DNA of 64,000 nucleotides, taken from Escherichia phage vB_EcoM_SA21RB. The translations under genes were made by a program, and so were the position numbers. The notes below the pieces were generated by a model. It did no database searches. It worked only from the letters and a program-made list of their open reading frames with translations, and had not been told where the DNA came from. Location: the sequence record OL960580; one strand, given 5' to 3'. Position 1 is the stretch's first letter. The number at the start of each line of letters is the position of its first letter. Shown here one piece after another: positions 21,064 through 31,037 of this stretch.

Positions 21064-22523
21064 AGACCAGTTACCTCATGAAAATCACCAAATACATCCT
21101 CGAATGTATTAGCTTTAGTTTTATCTTCGCGTAAACGAATCGCAATCGGAAGAAATAATTTAACGTAATCAGTGCGGCCATCAGATTTTAACCAACCATT
21201 GCATTCGCACTCTAGAATTTTTCCAATATAATAATTTTGGTTTTCCATAATGCGAGTACGGTCAAGTTCATGTGATTTTACACCGGCTTTATCTTTTAAG
21301 CCTGAACCAGCATTTACTTTAATTTTTCCACATTCTGATTCAAGAATAAATCCACCGGCTTTAGTAGGGTCTTTACGGTGAGGATAAATTCCTACAATTT
21401 TTAAATCAACATCAATTACTTCTTTAAATTTATAGAGATTTTTTGAACGAGCATTTTCCCACAATCCATCGGTATTTTTGAGAATAATACCTTCAAGACC
21501 TTGGTCAATATATTTTTTATAAATTACCTTAGCTTCATCTAGGTTATTTACTACCTGGTTTTCAATTAAAATTACTTTATCATATCCTGATGTCATTTGT
21601 TCTAGTTTAGAAAAACGTACATCATATTTTAAACGAAACGCCGGAAGACCGTATATTTCTACCAACGGGACATAATCCCAGACCTGAAACTTCATACATT
21701 GAGCTTCTTTTTCAGAAATGGTTCCTTTTAAGGATTTATTGGCGATTCCATTAGAAGTAGTACGAGATTCCGCTACTTCGGCGAATTCTTTAGCTTTACT
21801 AATTTCAGGATAAGCATCAAAAAGAAAATCTAGGCCTTCTGGTTCCTTTTTAACTTGCTCATGGTATACCAATTCGCCATCAATTAACACACCTTCTGGA
21901 TGAATCTGGCGGGCTTCAGCAGTCATTTTGATTAACTCTTCCTTAAGAAGATCTAATCCTAGATATTCATTACCAGCTCGTGATAAAAGACGAACATCAT
22001 CTAATTCATCGCCTCGGACTTCAGCAAAACACCGAGCTCCATCTGCTTTTAACTGCGCAAAGGCTGGAAACTTGATATTCTTACTAATGCCTTTTTCATC
22101 ATAAGAACTTGCCAGCATTTGAGGTTGTTCAGGAATTAAACCTGGCCAAACTTTATTTGCAATAGATACTGAAGCACCGCATTCAAGGTCTCGCATCATA
22201 ACTCGACGCAAAACTTCAACATCATCCTTTTTACCATCGGTGATATATCCAATTAATTCCTCAATTGCCGCATTTCCAGTCAATTTCCGAGTAGCTAACG
22301 TGAATTCAATGAAGTCAAGCATATCGGTAATAGTCAGCATTCCAAAACTCTGGGTAGCAATACCAGGTTTAGGCCATTTCTTGATATAATACTGTAACCC
22401 ACGAGAATAAGTTAGACGATATACTCGTTTAAGCAATTCATTATCTTTATTCTTTTCAAGAATTGCTTGCTTCTGCTTAGTTGATCCAATAGATGCTATT
22501 TCATTCAGAATTTTAAGAATCAT
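21060..22523 (-). CDS. 30: ATP-dependent DNA ligase gp30
   Basis: 487 aa; MILKILNEIASIGSTKQKQAILEKN...; KADG adenylation motif; near-identical to T4 DNA ligase. Confidence 0.96.
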   Translation of the reverse strand: MILKILNEIASIGSTKQKQAILEKNKDNELLKRVYRLTYSRGLQYYIKKWPKPGIATQSFGMLTITDMLDFIEFTLATRKLTGNAAIEELIGYITDGKKDDVEVLRRVMMRDLECGASVSIANKVWPGLIPEQPQMLASSYDEKGISKNIKFPAFAQLKADGARCFAEVRGDELDDVRLLSRAGNEYLGLDLLKEELIKMTAEARQIHPEGVLIDGELVYHEQVKKEPEGLDFLFDAYPEISKAKEFAEVAESRTTSNGIANKSLKGTISEKEAQCMKFQVWDYVPLVEIYGLPAFRLKYDVRFSKLEQMTSGYDKVILIENQVVNNLDEAKVIYKKYIDQGLEGIILKNTDGLWENARSKNLYKFKEVIDVDLKIVGIYPHRKDPTKAGGFILESECGKIKVNAGSGLKDKAGVKSHELDRTRIMENQNYYIGKILECECNGWLKSDGRTDYVKLFLPIAIRLREDKTKANTFEDVFGDFHEVTGL

Positions 22524-22789
22524 TGTTCATCCTTCAGAGTTTGATTTACAGCTCTATTATAAATCAATTCATCATTAAGCTCAGTCAAAGACTTATGATA
22601 TGTAGTTCTAACTTTATTTCCTTGCATCCAGTGCTTGATATAAATGAAACCTTGCTCTACGCATTTTTTAAAAATTCGTTCGTCTTTTTGAGCTCGGAAT
22701 TCTGGATTGCATCTAAAAAATTGATTTACGTGACCGTAATCACGCGTAGTATTACCTTCATTTTCATAAATAGTGTGAACGACAAACAT
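22520..22789 (-). CDS. hypothetical protein (position of T4 30.1)
   Basis: 89 aa ORF, ATGA-coupled. Confidence 0.6.
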   Translation of the reverse strand: MFVVHTIYENEGNTTRDYGHVNQFFRCNPEFRAQKDERIFKKCVEQGFIYIKHWMQGNKVRTTYHKSLTELNDELIYNRAVNQTLKDEQ

Positions 22790-23628
22790 TAGAATGCTCC
22801 TTGGAAAATATTATCACCACAAGTAGGTCTATTATACAAATACTCTATTCCACCAGGTTTAATATAGTTCCATGTCTGAAACGGATGTGTCTGATATGGA
22901 TGATATAGATGATTATAAGGATTAACTCCAGGTGTTCTCCAGGTAGTGTTCCAACGAAAAGAATCATTTTTAATCATCTTTTCAATTATATTTTTTATAG
23001 CTTTTTCGCTATCAAAACTTTCTTTATTTTCCTTTGGTGAAAAAAGCTTATTTTCTACATCATTCCATGTATAAACTCGCTGCGCAGTTTTTGGAATATT
23101 GTCACGCTCTCCTCGAGCCATCCAATAAACTGGAACATTTAATATTTCACTCGCGTGGTCGCAGTGGTGAGCGAGATCGTCAATATAACAAATTACGTTA
23201 TATTTCTCTTTTGCCTTTTTGAATAACTCTTCTTTTGAAGAATCATGACCACACATCATTACTTCTGAGAAGGCACCAGGAAAAAGAGCATTCAAATTAA
23301 ATTGACGATTCAGCAGAGCGTCAATAGAATCACCCAATGCTGTAACAGCTACAAAATTATAATCTTCTTTTAATTTGTTAATTACACACAGGGCATCTTT
23401 ATATGGAGACAAGTAACGAATAAAATCTGAACGATTGTATTTTTCAATTAACTTGACGCCAAGTTCTTCATCACAATTAAAGAGTTTACCTGGAGAAATA
23501 AATTTCTCATCTTGGATCATTTTTAAAATATGTTCTAATGGAAGATTATATTTCTGGGCAAAATAAGGAAGGCCTGATTGCCAGCTTAAACATACACCAT
23601 CAATATCAGTCAAAATAGTTGGCTTCAT
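22789..23628 (-). CDS. HAD-like phosphatase-fold protein (position of T4 30.2)
   Basis: 279 aa; N-terminal ILTDIDGV resembles HAD motif I (DxD). Confidence 0.65.
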   Translation of the reverse strand: MKPTILTDIDGVCLSWQSGLPYFAQKYNLPLEHILKMIQDEKFISPGKLFNCDEELGVKLIEKYNRSDFIRYLSPYKDALCVINKLKEDYNFVAVTALGDSIDALLNRQFNLNALFPGAFSEVMMCGHDSSKEELFKKAKEKYNVICYIDDLAHHCDHASEILNVPVYWMARGERDNIPKTAQRVYTWNDVENKLFSPKENKESFDSEKAIKNIIEKMIKNDSFRWNTTWRTPGVNPYNHLYHPYQTHPFQTWNYIKPGGIEYLYNRPTCGDNIFQGAF

Positions 23629-24083
23629 AGAGAGTCTCTTAATAGGTTTAACACATCAATAAATTCAGCTTCGGTTAGTATTGTATCATCTTTTGTTAGA
23701 CCACTAGCCATGCTGTGCTTCAAAACTTTTCCTTTCGAGGCTTGTAATGCATCGCGAAAGCCCTTATTTTGGATCGCTGCTTCAAAATATGCATTTGTGT
23801 ATAATTCTTTCCACGCCGGGGAGTATCTTGAAAACGGAACTCCAAGCCAAAAGAGGGTCCCACGGTCCTGAGCTCTAGCATAAGACCTTCCAGCTTGTTG
23901 GGCGGCAAGCCCGGATAACCCAAATATACGTCTTTGCTGTTCAACATTTTTCACCTTACACCCTTGGAGAAATCCTTCGAGACCTCCAAATTGGATACCA
24001 TCCATAACAAAAGGCCATTGGGCGAAATTACTTAATGCACATGATGGCCATCTAAAATTGCTTCTAATCTCTAATTCAGACAT
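23625..24083 (-). CDS. NADAR-domain protein (position of T4 30.3)
   Basis: 152 aa; LSNFAQWPF...DG...F motif matches the NADAR/YbiA (DUF1768) signature. Confidence 0.78.
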   Translation of the reverse strand: MSELEIRSNFRWPSCALSNFAQWPFVMDGIQFGGLEGFLQGCKVKNVEQQRRIFGLSGLAAQQAGRSYARAQDRGTLFWLGVPFSRYSPAWKELYTNAYFEAAIQNKGFRDALQASKGKVLKHSMASGLTKDDTILTEAEFIDVLNLLRDSL

Positions 24084-24291
24084 CTTTAATACTTATAATT
24101 TCAATATCAGCCCAATGACCATAACTTGGTAAACGGTCTTCAATAGATAATCCGCCATCATATTTAAGCATTTTAATTGTCATAATATATGGCTCTAAAT
24201 GGTCTTCAGTGAGCGGAGAGACATCAGTCACACGATAAGTAACTTCAACCATTTCCGTGCCCAGTAATTTCTGGATTAATTTCTTAAACAT
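24076..24291 (-). CDS. hypothetical protein (30.x cluster)
   Basis: 71 aa ORF, tightly packed. Confidence 0.55.
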   Translation of the reverse strand: MFKKLIQKLLGTEMVEVTYRVTDVSPLTEDHLEPYIMTIKMLKYDGGLSIEDRLPSYGHWADIEIISIKDV

Positions 24292-24295
24292 TTTA

Positions 24296-24583
24296 TTAAA
24301 ATCTCATCTGAAAACCGTGTGATTTAACATTACCGCCGCCGATATCAGAAATGTTAATTTCGCGCGCGATTGAAGGGTCAATGTCAATTTCACGATTGAG
24401 TTTAGTGATAGCTAAAGTATCGCGGCCATTTACAGTACGGAACTCTAAAGGGCAGACTACATTAACATAGTTTTTAATCGATTCACTGGTAGGCTGCAAA
24501 TGAGCAGGAAGGTCTTTAGGTGCCTTTGAGAAAACCACTTCACAGAAATTTTTGCGGGTATCAAAATAAGTAGTCATAAACAT
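24296..24583 (-). CDS. hypothetical protein (30.x cluster)
   Basis: 95 aa ORF. Confidence 0.55.
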   Translation of the reverse strand: MFMTTYFDTRKNFCEVVFSKAPKDLPAHLQPTSESIKNYVNVVCPLEFRTVNGRDTLAITKLNREIDIDPSIAREINISDIGGGNVKSHGFQMRF

Positions 24584-24599
24584 AGTATTTTCCTCAGTA

Positions 24600-24615
24600 A
24601 GGGGCCAAAGCCCCT
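24600..24615. promoter_or_regulatory. intercistronic GC-rich stem-loop
   Basis: ggggcc-aaa-gcccc hairpin between two minus-strand genes, followed by SD gagga on the minus strand. Confidence 0.4.
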
Positions 24616-24624
24616 CATTTTATT

Positions 24625-24990
24625 TTAAATATCAAATTCGTTAAGAACTACATCAAAGATCGCTTCAAGATGCTCAGGTTTAGCTCGGTTGCTCAGGATG
24701 TGACGAATCCAAGTTTTAACCAGAAGCTTACGATTAACGCCATTCCAGCAAGGATGAGTCCCCAAATCGCGTTGACGAAAATCATCATCTAATGCGATTT
24801 TAAAAGAAGAACCTTCTTTCGTGATTGAAACCGTGATGCCATTTTCAAATCGCATATAAACGTAGTTAGGAGTCATATACTGTTCAATTTCGCATACTGA
24901 TCCATTTTGATGTTTCCAAAGGCAGATAGTATCAATAGAACCTGCAATACCGTTAGAAACATATTTACGTTCAAAGTTGATGTAGTTCAT
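24625..24990 (-). CDS. hypothetical protein (30.x cluster)
   Basis: 121 aa ORF. Confidence 0.6.
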   Translation of the reverse strand: MNYINFERKYVSNGIAGSIDTICLWKHQNGSVCEIEQYMTPNYVYMRFENGITVSITKEGSSFKIALDDDFRQRDLGTHPCWNGVNRKLLVKTWIRHILSNRAKPEHLEAIFDVVLNEFDI

Positions 24991-25058
24991 TTTTATTCTC
25001 CGAGATGTTTAATTGCGGTACAGGTATATAATATCATATCCTGTACCAAAGTAAACAA

Positions 25059-25391
25059 TTATTTTACTACTTTCCAGTGCTGCATGTCAAGTTTACCAAC
25101 TTTTTTCATCTTCTCAATTAAGCGTTCGGCACGTTGGCGAGCTGTAACATAATACCATTCACCCAATTCATTTTGTTCAATTTTTCCAACGATTACTGTA
25201 TTCAATTCATAAATCCAACCAGTAAAGAAATTATGAACTTGAATTGTAAAGGTGAAATCTGTTCCCATACCTTCTGTTGTTTCTACTTCAATAATATCAC
25301 CTTCAACTGCCATTAAGAACCACATAGTTTCATCATATTTACCATTGAAGCATTTAGTTTTAACTGTGGCGTTCAGATTAATCGTTTTCAT
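25059..25391 (-). CDS. hypothetical protein (30.x cluster)
   Basis: 110 aa ORF downstream of an early promoter. Confidence 0.6.
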   Translation of the reverse strand: MKTINLNATVKTKCFNGKYDETMWFLMAVEGDIIEVETTEGMGTDFTFTIQVHNFFTGWIYELNTVIVGKIEQNELGEWYYVTARQRAERLIEKMKKVGKLDMQHWKVVK

Positions 25392-25414
25392 TTTATTCTC
25401 CTTTGTTTGTGTAA

Positions 25415-25448
25415 GATAATACTATCACAAAGGAACCATACTGTAAAC
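25415..25448 (-). promoter_or_regulatory. T4-type early promoter
   Basis: minus strand GTTTAC (rc of 25443-25448), about 18 bp spacer, TATTAT. Confidence 0.5.
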
Positions 25449-25477
25449 AACTTTGTGCAATCTTTGGAAAATAAAAA

Positions 25478-25497
25478 AGGACTCCCGAAGGAGTCCT
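25478..25497 (-). terminator. strong intrinsic terminator
   Basis: minus strand aggactcc-ttcg-ggagtcct followed by TTTTTTATTTT, directly after the small basic ORF stop. Confidence 0.7.
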
Positions 25498-25501
25498 CAA
25501 C

Positions 25502-25678
25502 TTATGCTTTCTGCTTACCAAAACGAGAAGCATCATCTCGAAGAACCGCACGTGCTCGACGCATGATCTTCTCAACAGTTTGATTGATACGAGAGTTCGA
25601 CCCACGCTTGTAGCCAGCGCGTTTAGAATCACCAACTTTCTTTTCAACTGCTTTCTTTGCTTTAACTTGTTTTGCCAT
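25502..25678 (-). CDS. small Lys/Arg-rich protein, probable nucleic-acid binder
   Basis: 58 aa from internal Met with SD AAAAGAGAA: MAKQVKAKKAVEKKVGDSKRAGYKRGSNSRINQTVEKIMRRARAVLRDDASRFGKQKA; the longer 72 aa frame has no RBS. Confidence 0.5.
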   Translation of the reverse strand: MAKQVKAKKAVEKKVGDSKRAGYKRGSNSRINQTVEKIMRRARAVLRDDASRFGKQKA

Positions 25679-26074
25679 TATAAATTCTCTTTTAAATGAA
25701 AATGCAGGACTTATTGGCATTGCCTGCGCAAGCCCTCAAGGGGAACATAGGTTTTGGATATTTAACGACAGGATAACCATAAACCCGTCATCATACCTTA
25801 TAGCTCTTATCTGTTGCACACCGTTAGCTTAAAGGTTCCGGGTCCGATTTCTCGAGGATAAGATATATACTGATGGATATATAGGCCTTGAGGCGTACTC
25901 CCGATTGGCCATCACCTCGGGGTAGCATGCACTTGCCGCTATAAGAATAACATTCAAGAGGTACACCGTAAAACTGCCGGGGTCTTAAAACTATAATGAT
26001 TCGCAAATCATTAATCAGACAGTTCGACGGCTCCTCGTTTTAACTTCACACTAAGGCAGTGACTCTCCAATAAA
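25679..26074. other. GC-rich structured non-coding region (candidate ncRNA or structured intercistronic element)
   Basis: about 400 bp with no plausible ORF; by-eye count of three 60-bp blocks (25801-25980) gives about 43-53% GC against a visibly AT-rich background; multiple potential stems, e.g. ccttgagg/cctcgggg and atgatt-cgc-aaatcat. Confidence 0.3.
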
Positions 26075-26323
26075 TTATTTCAGTGTTACCACAAAGTGAC
26101 GAACTGCTTTTCGTGCAGCAGAAGCCAGAGGCTTAGCATACTTAAGTTCATCTTTTTCCTGAAGCTCAGCAGCTAATGCAGTTTGAGCAGGATTCAGATG
26201 TTTGAAATAACGCAGGATTTCAAGAGCTTCGGCTTCAACATCAATAGATGCGCCATAGTTTTCGTGACCATTATTCCATGCGTTTCGTTGCAGTTCAAGA
26301 GCGTGTTGTAATTGTTTAATCAT
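26075..26323 (-). CDS. rIII: rIII lysis-inhibition accessory protein
   Basis: 82 aa; MIKQLQHALELQRNAWNNGHENYG...; position downstream of gene 31 as in T4. Confidence 0.85.
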   Translation of the reverse strand: MIKQLQHALELQRNAWNNGHENYGASIDVEAEALEILRYFKHLNPAQTALAAELQEKDELKYAKPLASAARKAVRHFVVTLK

Positions 26324-26470
26324 TTAAAAATTCTCGTTAGAGATTAAAACTCGGTAGTCACGTTCTTCTGAATTTCATCTTCTTTCGACAGATCTCTCAG
26401 TTGTAGACTACCACGTAGAATTGTTCGGTTAACTTATTATTCCGACACCCAATTCATATTATTATTTATA

Positions 26471-26806
26471 TCACTTATAAAGACACGGAATAGCTTTATA
26501 GTGACAGGTAACGAATTTTTGTTTAATTTCTTTTGGCTGCTTAAGACCCAGAGCTACAAAAGGATGCGGAACGTTTCGAATTTGACCAACTGGAAGAGAA
26601 GTCAAATCACCAACTTCGCAGAAACCTTCAGGAACATCAGGACCAACAGAGTGAATTACACACAGTTCAGGAACTTCACCTTGGACACGTTTACCGATAA
26701 TAAGTCCTGATTCTGTAACTTCTTCATCACCGGCTTGTGCAGGTTCAGAAACTAAAATAACATATTCACCGACAGCACGAATTGGTAGCTGTTGTACTTC
26801 AGACAT
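26471..26806 (-). CDS. 31: gp31 co-chaperonin (GroES analogue)
   Basis: 111 aa; [39 protein letters not shown]... matches T4 gp31. Confidence 0.93.
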   Translation of the reverse strand: MSEVQQLPIRAVGEYVILVSEPAQAGDEEVTESGLIIGKRVQGEVPELCVIHSVGPDVPEGFCEVGDLTSLPVGQIRNVPHPFVALGLKQPKEIKQKFVTCHYKAIPCLYK

Positions 26807-26862
26807 CGTTTTTCCTTTTTGTTAACAGATGAGTTAATAATAACAAATAATTCTTAAAGCAT

Positions 26863-27171
26863 TTATTTACCAATAAATTGAAGCAAATGCTCAACTTTCA
26901 TACCATTAACGGAAATCAATTTGTCAATAGAAAAACCTCGCCATGCACCAAGCTCAACATCAAATACTGGAATCATATCAATAGATTCTTTCCGAGTAGA
27001 TTCAGTCAATTTACCGGTTTGCATAGTTGGCATAAAGTCAGCATCACGAGTGCCTTTCATAGTACGAATAGTACCATCAGACTTTTCAAAAACCACGTTT
27101 GAAATACCCATGGACAATTTAGTTTTCAAAATTTCACGAATTGCTTGCTTCTGCTTAGTTGTCAGTTTCAT
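26863..27171 (-). CDS. hypothetical protein (position of T4 31.1)
   Basis: 102 aa ORF. Confidence 0.65.
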   Translation of the reverse strand: MKLTTKQKQAIREILKTKLSMGISNVVFEKSDGTIRTMKGTRDADFMPTMQTGKLTESTRKESIDMIPVFDVELGAWRGFSIDKLISVNGMKVEHLLQFIGK

Positions 27172-27408
27172 TTATTTACCTATTACAGTTTTAATATGGG
27201 TTGTTCCACGTTCTTTAAGAGTGGAAAGCAATTTTTGGCATTTTTCTAAATCAGATTTCCAACTATATGGTCTATCAATACAAACCCATTCTGACTTATA
27301 ATACTGCTTCCATTTAGAGAAAAAATATTTCTTATACTCTACAGCAAATGAAATGTTCTCATTAGAATAAGAACTAATTGCTGTGAGTTGTACCAAACGA
27401 AATTTCAT
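27172..27408 (-). CDS. hypothetical protein (position of T4 31.2)
   Basis: 78 aa ORF, ATGA-coupled to cd. Confidence 0.55.
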   Translation of the reverse strand: MKFRLVQLTAISSYSNENISFAVEYKKYFFSKWKQYYKSEWVCIDRPYSWKSDLEKCQKLLSTLKERGTTHIKTVIGK

Positions 27409-27989
27409 TATTCACCACAGAATTCGTTGATATTTTCCCAATTTAACTTATTCAAGTTTTTCTTAGGAACATTAAACACTTCAATACCTGCATTTCGCAG
27501 AATATCATCCCAGCCAGGTTTATTCTTATCGTATGTTTCGCAATAAACCAGCTTTTTAATTCCAGATTGAGCTATCGCTTTTGCACAATCTGGGCAAGGA
27601 GAAAGTGTTACATACATAGTAGCACCTTCAATTGAAGAACCGTTTCGCGCAGCAAACAAAATTGCATTTAGCTCAGCATGAATTTCATTTTTAGACGACC
27701 ATTCAGAGTGAGCACTACGGTGTTCTTTCGCTAAGACAAAACGATCAGTTGAACCAAACGATACACATTCGGGCTTATGACCTTGAATGATAGTATGTTT
27801 AGGTTTATTCAGCAACCAACCTTGCTCAGCAGCATAATCACAACAGTTCACACCACCTGCCGGAGAACCATTATATCCGGTAGAAATAATACGTCCATTC
27901 TTTTCAATTACTGCTCCTACCTTCCAGGAGCAACATTTGGATTCTTGTGATACTAAATATGCAATTTGAAGTACTGTACTCGCTTTCAT
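27408..27989 (-). CDS. cd: dCMP deaminase
   Basis: 193 aa; zinc-binding HAE...PCxxC motif (HAELNAILFAARNG...LSPCPDCAKAI). Confidence 0.93.
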   Translation of the reverse strand: MKASTVLQIAYLVSQESKCCSWKVGAVIEKNGRIISTGYNGSPAGGVNCCDYAAEQGWLLNKPKHTIIQGHKPECVSFGSTDRFVLAKEHRSAHSEWSSKNEIHAELNAILFAARNGSSIEGATMYVTLSPCPDCAKAIAQSGIKKLVYCETYDKNKPGWDDILRNAGIEVFNVPKKNLNKLNWENINEFCGE

Positions 27990-28324
27990 TTCATAATCAC
28001 CAGATAAGCAGATTTAGCAGTTTCAACACGATAAATTTCATGACGAAGTTTAGTTATACTTTTAATAACAGAACTAATTATATTCTGCCCATCTTTAAAG
28101 CGGTTTTTCTTATCAATGAAAATTGCACCAGCCATCTTTTTGTGAAGCTCAACTGGATACTTCGTCACAATAATAGCATCATACACAGAAGGATGAATAC
28201 TATTCACTAGAGTATCGTTCATTAAAGTTATTCTAATGAACTGTGCTGTTTCAGAATCAAGCGCTCTATGATCGCCAGTATCATTTTCAAGACAATTATC
28301 AATTATATCAGTTAAATTCATCAT
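27986..28324 (-). CDS. hypothetical protein (cd.x)
   Basis: 112 aa ORF. Confidence 0.6.
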   Translation of the reverse strand: MMNLTDIIDNCLENDTGDHRALDSETAQFIRITLMNDTLVNSIHPSVYDAIIVTKYPVELHKKMAGAIFIDKKNRFKDGQNIISSVIKSITKLRHEIYRVETAKSAYLVIMK

Positions 28325-28557
28325 AGTACGCCATACACCCTTTGTGCTTCAACTAATCCATCAAAATCCAATTTGAGATGTGTTATTTGGTCACCATCGC
28401 CTGGATTCACAATTACTAATACTGAACGAGGAGTTTCGGTAATAACACGAACCGATGTTTCAGGAAATCGTTCAGAAACCTTATTTACCAATTCCTGAGC
28501 AAATAGTTTAACTTTTTCTTGAAATTCTTTAACAGTAATTGGTTTTTCACTTAGCAT
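28321..28557 (-). CDS. hypothetical protein (cd.x)
   Basis: 78 aa ORF. Confidence 0.55.
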   Translation of the reverse strand: MLSEKPITVKEFQEKVKLFAQELVNKVSERFPETSVRVITETPRSVLVIVNPGDGDQITHLKLDFDGLVEAQRVYGVL

Positions 28558-28569
28558 TTCAATTTCCTC

Positions 28570-28606
28570 ATTTATTTTGGTAGAGCTATAATATCACAAC
28601 TCTACC
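28570..28606 (-). promoter_or_regulatory. T4-type early promoter
   Basis: minus strand GTTTAC -35 (rc of 28601-28606), about 18 bp spacer, TATTAT -10. Confidence 0.45.
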
Positions 28607-28619
28607 GTAAAGTAAACTA

Positions 28620-28895
28620 TTAAATTGCTTTGAATTCTGATGTCTGCGATTCAAAACGAATATCGCCTTTGATGACTAGCTCAGCATCAAGACCGAATAC
28701 GACAATGATATGCGCAGAACCTGGATACAGCGTAATGGCGATAGAATCAACCTGGTCTGGAAGCAAAGTGTTCAATACATGAGTCACTTGAGCATGAATT
28801 CGAAGCTCAGCTGCGTTATCAAGCTTTTCAAACATATTATTAGCTATAATTTGGCTAAACACTACTTCTACGATTTTAGAATAAGTCGGAAACAT
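28620..28895 (-). CDS. hypothetical protein (cd.x)
   Basis: 91 aa ORF. Confidence 0.55.
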   Translation of the reverse strand: MFPTYSKIVEVVFSQIIANNMFEKLDNAAELRIHAQVTHVLNTLLPDQVDSIAITLYPGSAHIIVVFGLDAELVIKGDIRFESQTSEFKAI

Positions 28896-28897
28896 AT

Positions 28898-29090
28898 TTA
28901 CCTCACATAATTTTCTTCAAGCCAATCAATAACATCTAAAGCATTATCAAAAATTGAGCCATCTACTTTGTCTTCTGTTTCATAATCAAGAACATCTAAG
29001 CCTACTCTTCCATCAACAATAGGCCATAAACAAAATAAATATTTCTTTTCTTTTTCAATCTTATCGCAAAGACGATAAATCTTTTCTAAG

Positions 29091-29098
<8 letters not shown>
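28898..29098 (-). CDS. hypothetical protein (cd.x)
   Basis: 66 aa ORF. Confidence 0.5.
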
Positions 29099-30513
<1,415 letters not shown>

Positions 30514-30516
30514 TTA

Positions 30517-30747
30517 TTATTTCTCAACCAATGATTGAATATAATCATGCAAGTCTTTAGATGCTTTACCCCACTTATTTTGGTATTCATTTTTAAGATT
30601 AGCACGTGATTGAGCTAATAAAACATCATTAGTTGGAGGTAAAGATTCTAATCGTTGAATCTGGCGTCCATAAATCATTGCAGCCATCTCGGATTCATAA
30701 ATCAATCCTTTGAGATGTTCAAATTGATGCCATGAAATCATTTGCAT
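30517..30747 (-). CDS. hypothetical protein (pseT.x)
   Basis: 76 aa ORF. Confidence 0.55.
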   Translation of the reverse strand: MQMISWHQFEHLKGLIYESEMAAMIYGRQIQRLESLPPTNDVLLAQSRANLKNEYQNKWGKASKDLHDYIQSLVEK

Positions 30748-31037
30748 TTATCCTCTTTTAACTCTTGGCGATAATAACATATCATAGTTTTCTGATCATG
30801 TACATATCGTTTTACATCATTAAGCCAAATACGAAATTCCTGGGAATCTTCAAATGGCATACCGACCCAAGCTTTACCATCGATAACTTTAACTTGCCAA
30901 GATAGTTTAGCTTCATCATATAACTTTATCTGCACAGGCCAATTAGGATGAACTGTTTCTTTCTTTACTTCTAGAGGCTTTGTCGAACAACCAACTAGAA
31001 GACCAATAGATAATATTACTGCTGATAGTTTAATCAT
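30738..31037 (-). CDS. o-spanin, outer-membrane lipoprotein
   Basis: 99 aa; signal peptide with lipobox LLVGC-S; overlaps the i-spanin gene. Confidence 0.65.
   Translation of the reverse strand: MIKLSAVILSIGLLVGCSTKPLEVKKETVHPNWPVQIKLYDEAKLSWQVKVIDGKAWVGMPFEDSQEFRIWLNDVKRYVHDQKTMICYYRQELKEDKCK

Noticed and set aside
25393-25647. 84 aa minus-strand ORF from the six-frame track
   Set aside because: It overlaps the 58 aa basic ORF in another frame and would read through a strong intrinsic terminator (25478-25497) and an early promoter; no RBS.
25824-26006. 60 aa minus-strand ORF inside the GC-rich region
   Set aside because: GC-rich codons atypical for this genome (CCC, CGG), no RBS, low-complexity product; the region is more likely non-coding structured RNA.
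25679-26074. Possible tRNA or group I intron in the GC-rich region
   Set aside because: No GGTTCGAATCC-like T-loop or cloverleaf found on either strand; no flanking exons or interrupted gene and no recognisable group I core, so neither call is supported.
26921-27301. Plus-strand ORFs antisense to minus-strand gene blocks (e.g. 26878-27102, 26921-27301, 29679-30086, 5622-5960, 59036-59386, 63326-63624)
   Set aside because: They overlap well-supported genes on the opposite strand, lack RBS and have low-complexity, stop-poor antisense composition.
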